Positions 43,848-46,763 of a stretch of DNA of 46,763 bases are shown piece after piece. The notes under the pieces are model-generated. The model was given only the letters and a program-made list of their open reading frames with translations. It did no database searches and was not told the origin of the DNA. The stretch's first letter is position 1. Each line of letters starts with the position of its first letter. The position numbers and the translations under genes were made by a program. The stretch comes from a virus (Duplodnaviria > Caudoviricetes), in IMG/VR virus record IMGVR_UViG_3300005805_000140, positions 1 through 46,763 of that record; one strand, written 5' to 3'.

Positions 43848-44021
43848 ATGAATAAATTTTCTGAATGGTTTGGTAAGAATCGTAAGGCTGTAGGTTATAC
43901 GGTCGGTTCATTGAATCTTTTGGCTAGCGTCAGTTATTTCCTTCAAGGTAATATCGGTCTAGCCTGTCTTTGGTTCGTGATCGGCAGCACTATCATGTTC
44001 GATACTTACGAATACAAGTAA
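43848..44021 (+). CDS. Small two-TM membrane protein (57 aa), not in the ORF track
   Basis: AGGAG RBS; TAATG overlap with the next gene. Confidence 0.7.
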   Translation: MNKFSEWFGKNRKAVGYTVGSLNLLASVSYFLQGNIGLACLWFVIGSTIMFDTYEYK

Positions 44022-44329
44022 TGATCGATTACCGTTTCATAGGCTGGTGTAAAGAAGGCCGTCATGACAAAGTTTGGATAGCCATGAAGTTATCCGAGTA
44101 TGATACTGAAACGGGCGAATGGGGCAAGGCGCTTACCCTTTGGGGTAGACGCGGGGGTAGGCTCCGTAGTAAAATCGTAAATGATGATTTTAATTTAAGT
44201 ACACTGATTAAAAAGAAACGAGATCATGGCGGCTATATGCAATTGAGTACTGAACATCTTGCCAAAGCCTATCCCGAGTTTAAGGCTGATTTAGAGAAAC
44301 ATTTTATTTGGAGTCAACTATCATTATGA
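44021..44329 (+). CDS. WGR-domain-like protein
   Basis: HDKVW...LWGRRG...KKKR..GY; directly upstream of the ligase. Confidence 0.6.
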   Translation: MIDYRFIGWCKEGRHDKVWIAMKLSEYDTETGEWGKALTLWGRRGGRLRSKIVNDDFNLSTLIKKKRDHGGYMQLSTEHLAKAYPEFKADLEKHFIWSQLSL

Positions 44330-45672
44330 GCGCATACTGGATTCACAAACTAAACGAGAGCGATAGCCGTCTTCACAAGGAAGATGTATTGAAGCAAGCC
44401 TATGAAATGGCTGTGCTTGGTAACGAAAGCACTATCAGGTTCTTGCGCTATGTACAAAGTGCATACAATCCTTATGATAACTTTCACTTGCGTCAAGTGC
44501 CCGAGACCGATGGTCTTGTGAATCAGGAAAATCCCTGGGATGAATTCACCGACTTGCTACTAAAGTTGCGCAACCGTGATATCACAGGTAATGCTGCCCG
44601 TGATGCGGTCGATGCTATGAGCAAGCGTTTCGATACTGATGAGTGGAATAACTTTTGCCGTAATGTGATTCGCAAGGACTTGCGTTGCGGTATTAGTGAT
44701 AAGACTTTCAACAAGGTCGTCAAGAAGTCAGAGTACGAGATTCCTATCTTTGGTTGTCAGTTGGCTACAAACAGCGAAGGTCGTCCTGAAATGAAAGGAC
44801 TCAAGCGCCTCGAGCCTAAGTTGGATGGTGTGCGTGTATTGATGCGTGTATCTTATAATGACTTTGGTGAATGCGTCACTACTTGCTATAGCCGCAATGG
44901 TAAAATCTTTGAGAACTTTAGTCTCATCGAACAACAGATTCAAGACAACTATATCAAGTTGGTTCGTGCTGCCGGTGATCGTAGCCTTACTGATGGCTTC
45001 TGGCTTGATGGCGAAGTGATCGGTAATAGTTTCCAAGAACTGATGCGTCAGGCTCGCCGTAAGGATGATGTTGATACCCGTGATAGCGTGTTCAATATTT
45101 TTGACATCATTCCTGCTGACGATTGGGAGCGCGGTTACTGGAATGCACAGTTGCACAAGCGTATGTCATTGCTTGAAAAGTTGAGGCCCGTCATCGATAA
45201 GATGAGCCAAGTCGAATTGTTGCCGCATATCATGGTCGACCTCGACACTGGTGAAGGTCGTGATCAATTGATGCGTTATGCCAAGGACATGGTAAACGCA
45301 GGTTTCGAAGGCATCATGATCAAGGACATCAACAGTCCTTATGAGTGTAAGCGTAACACTTTCTGGATGAAGTGGAAACCAACCATTACTGTAGACTTGG
45401 AGGTAATTGGACTTGAAGAAGGCACTGGTAGAAATGTGGGACGACTTGGGGCTCTTGTTTGCTCCGGAGTTGACGACGGGAAAACTATTAATGTCAATGT
45501 TGGGAGTGGCTTTAGTGACAGTGATAGAGATAGTCTTTGGGCTAGTCATGTTGAGCTCGATTGTGTTATCGGTCGTAAGGTAGAAGTCTTGTGCGATGTG
45601 ATCACGCAAAACCAAGACGGTACTTATAGTTTGCGATTCCCGCGCTTTGTGAGATTCCGTGATGATAAGTAA
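44326..45672 (+). CDS. lig: ATP-dependent DNA ligase
   Basis: EPKLDGVR, YSRNGK, LDGEV, FDII, EGIMIK, KWKP, VGSGF, SLRFPRF. Confidence 0.96.
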   Translation: MSAYWIHKLNESDSRLHKEDVLKQAYEMAVLGNESTIRFLRYVQSAYNPYDNFHLRQVPETDGLVNQENPWDEFTDLLLKLRNRDITGNAARDAVDAMSKRFDTDEWNNFCRNVIRKDLRCGISDKTFNKVVKKSEYEIPIFGCQLATNSEGRPEMKGLKRLEPKLDGVRVLMRVSYNDFGECVTTCYSRNGKIFENFSLIEQQIQDNYIKLVRAAGDRSLTDGFWLDGEVIGNSFQELMRQARRKDDVDTRDSVFNIFDIIPADDWERGYWNAQLHKRMSLLEKLRPVIDKMSQVELLPHIMVDLDTGEGRDQLMRYAKDMVNAGFEGIMIKDINSPYECKRNTFWMKWKPTITVDLEVIGLEEGTGRNVGRLGALVCSGVDDGKTINVNVGSGFSDSDRDSLWASHVELDCVIGRKVEVLCDVITQNQDGTYSLRFPRFVRFRDDK

Positions 45673-45675
45673 AAC

Positions 45676-46518
45676 ATGTTCAAATATTACGAGTTAGTGT
45701 TGCGAGGCATAGACGAGGTAACACTTGTCTATGAACTTGAAGCACATAGGCCTGCTCAAACTTGGGCAGGTCTTATCAATTCTGTATCCCCTAAAGACTT
45801 AAGAAAAAGCCTAAACCCTTGGCAGAACTTTGATAGGAACATCATCAATGAGAAGGTCTATCTTTTAAACAATCTAATTGACGATCTAAATGTCTGGTTG
45901 CCTGAACATAATAAAATCAATGAGCAATGGGATATCAATGACCATCAAGGTTCAGCCAATAGATTACACATACATTTTCCTGAACAAGAAAAAGTAGAAA
46001 CTAACCCCGTACATTTAAGGCAACTTGCCTTGTACAACGATACGATACATGAACTTGAAGAGTTGACATTAAGACCTAAAGAACAAAGACCGCATCTTTT
46101 GCTTTGTACTGATACTGATCCTAGAATACCTTTGGAACTTGATGATTACAAACACTTCAAGGCTAGTCATAACTTCGGCGACTTGAGATTACATTATTGC
46201 CATGTTGGTCGTCATCCATTTGAGTTGTATTCTGCTAATGATACAGACTGTCCCATAGATCAGATATTGCCACAATACGAGATAAGCCCATATCATACTT
46301 GCAGGTTCTATGATAACAAATACATGGAACATTGGCATAGAGCAAGATTCAGGCAGTTCTATGAAGTCAGCACTATAAAACAAAAGATCAGTATAGACGA
46401 TCCTAGATTGGGTTTTGGTTATATTCATCTGGGTAAATTAGTCGGCGAATATGATAGACAAAGCCTTGTGGATAAGATAAGAAGTTGCTATAATGTTTTT
46501 ACATGGAAGGCATATTGA
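45676..46518 (+). CDS. Hypothetical protein
   Basis: 280-aa ORF; NRLHIHF and LHYCHVGR motifs. Confidence 0.75.
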   Translation: MFKYYELVLRGIDEVTLVYELEAHRPAQTWAGLINSVSPKDLRKSLNPWQNFDRNIINEKVYLLNNLIDDLNVWLPEHNKINEQWDINDHQGSANRLHIHFPEQEKVETNPVHLRQLALYNDTIHELEELTLRPKEQRPHLLLCTDTDPRIPLELDDYKHFKASHNFGDLRLHYCHVGRHPFELYSANDTDCPIDQILPQYEISPYHTCRFYDNKYMEHWHRARFRQFYEVSTIKQKISIDDPRLGFGYIHLGKLVGEYDRQSLVDKIRSCYNVFTWKAY

Positions 46519-46763
46519 TGAACGATAAACTTAAGATGTTAGCCGAGCAAGCAGGACTTGCTACCCAACATGACGGCATCGTATTGACGAGGCAGGTCAA
46601 TGCTGCCGATGCTTTATACGAATATGGTAAGTTGATCATACAGCAATGCGTATTGGCTGTAGAAATGAAAACCAACATACATCATATCCATACCACATTT
46701 GATGAGCAATTAGTTTTGCATACTATCAATAATAGTTCTAAGGCTATCAAAGAACATTTCGGA
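46518..46763 (+). CDS. Hypothetical protein, 3'-truncated by the window
   Basis: TGATG overlap; MNDKLKMLAEQAG...YGKLIIQQC...IKEHFG. Confidence 0.65.
   Translation, partial: MNDKLKMLAEQAGLATQHDGIVLTRQVNAADALYEYGKLIIQQCVLAVEMKTNIHHIHTTFDEQLVLHTINNSSKAIKEHFG

Noticed and set aside
1-46763. Alternative genetic code (stop-codon reassignment)
   Set aside because: Conserved genes are intact in code 11, and TAA, TGA and TAG all end genes at tight junctions.
1-46763. The many short minus-strand and nested ORFs in the track (e.g. 7387..7950, 35546..36133, and + strand 33460..33900)
   Set aside because: They are shadows of well-supported genes on the other strand or frame, with no RBS or recognisable motifs.
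1-46763. tRNA or rRNA genes
   Set aside because: Intergenic gaps are short and none shows a cloverleaf with a T-loop GTTCRA in proper context; tRNAscan was not run.
1-46763. Restriction-site avoidance (e.g. AGCT looks scarce) as evidence of modification specificity
   Set aside because: Impression only; it needs a k-mer observed/expected calculation that I could not run.

Overview
This window is part of a large, lytic, T4-like dsDNA phage genome in the standard genetic code. It is densely coding and almost all on the + strand; the only convincing minus-strand gene is 32697..33851. A proteobacterial host is inferred, weakly. Layout: (1) 1-11.7 kb, late-expressed accessory genes, several with T4-type capsid-targeting-like N-termini, plus Dps, a 2OG-Fe(II) oxygenase, an SNase, a DfrB-like SH3 protein and a secreted N/T-repeat cassette. 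(2) 11.8-19 kb, TilS, a DsbA-like protein, an FG-GAP lipoprotein, family B DNA polymerase and sliding clamp. (3) 19.7-32.7 kb, a 7-deazaguanine DNA-modification island: DpdA/TGT, a DpdL-like QueD paralogue, FolE, QueD and QueE, with no QueC in the window. It is interleaved with two glycosyltransferases, GalE, a cytidylyltransferase, GMP reductase, a purine PRTase, SufE and an HhH glycosylase. (4) 32.7-40 kb, Gp88-like protein, UV endonuclease, RNase H/5'-3' exonuclease and a methyltransferase. (5) 40.4 kb onwards, small early genes behind three repeated sigma70 promoters, then an ATP-dependent DNA ligase. Best candidates for new biology: a possibly glycosylated 7-deazaguanine DNA modification, a set of virion-packaged enzyme cargo proteins, a four-copy switch-like element controlling the lipoprotein, and a start-less +1 ORF suggesting recoding. 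All family calls come from motif recognition by eye; no database searches were run.
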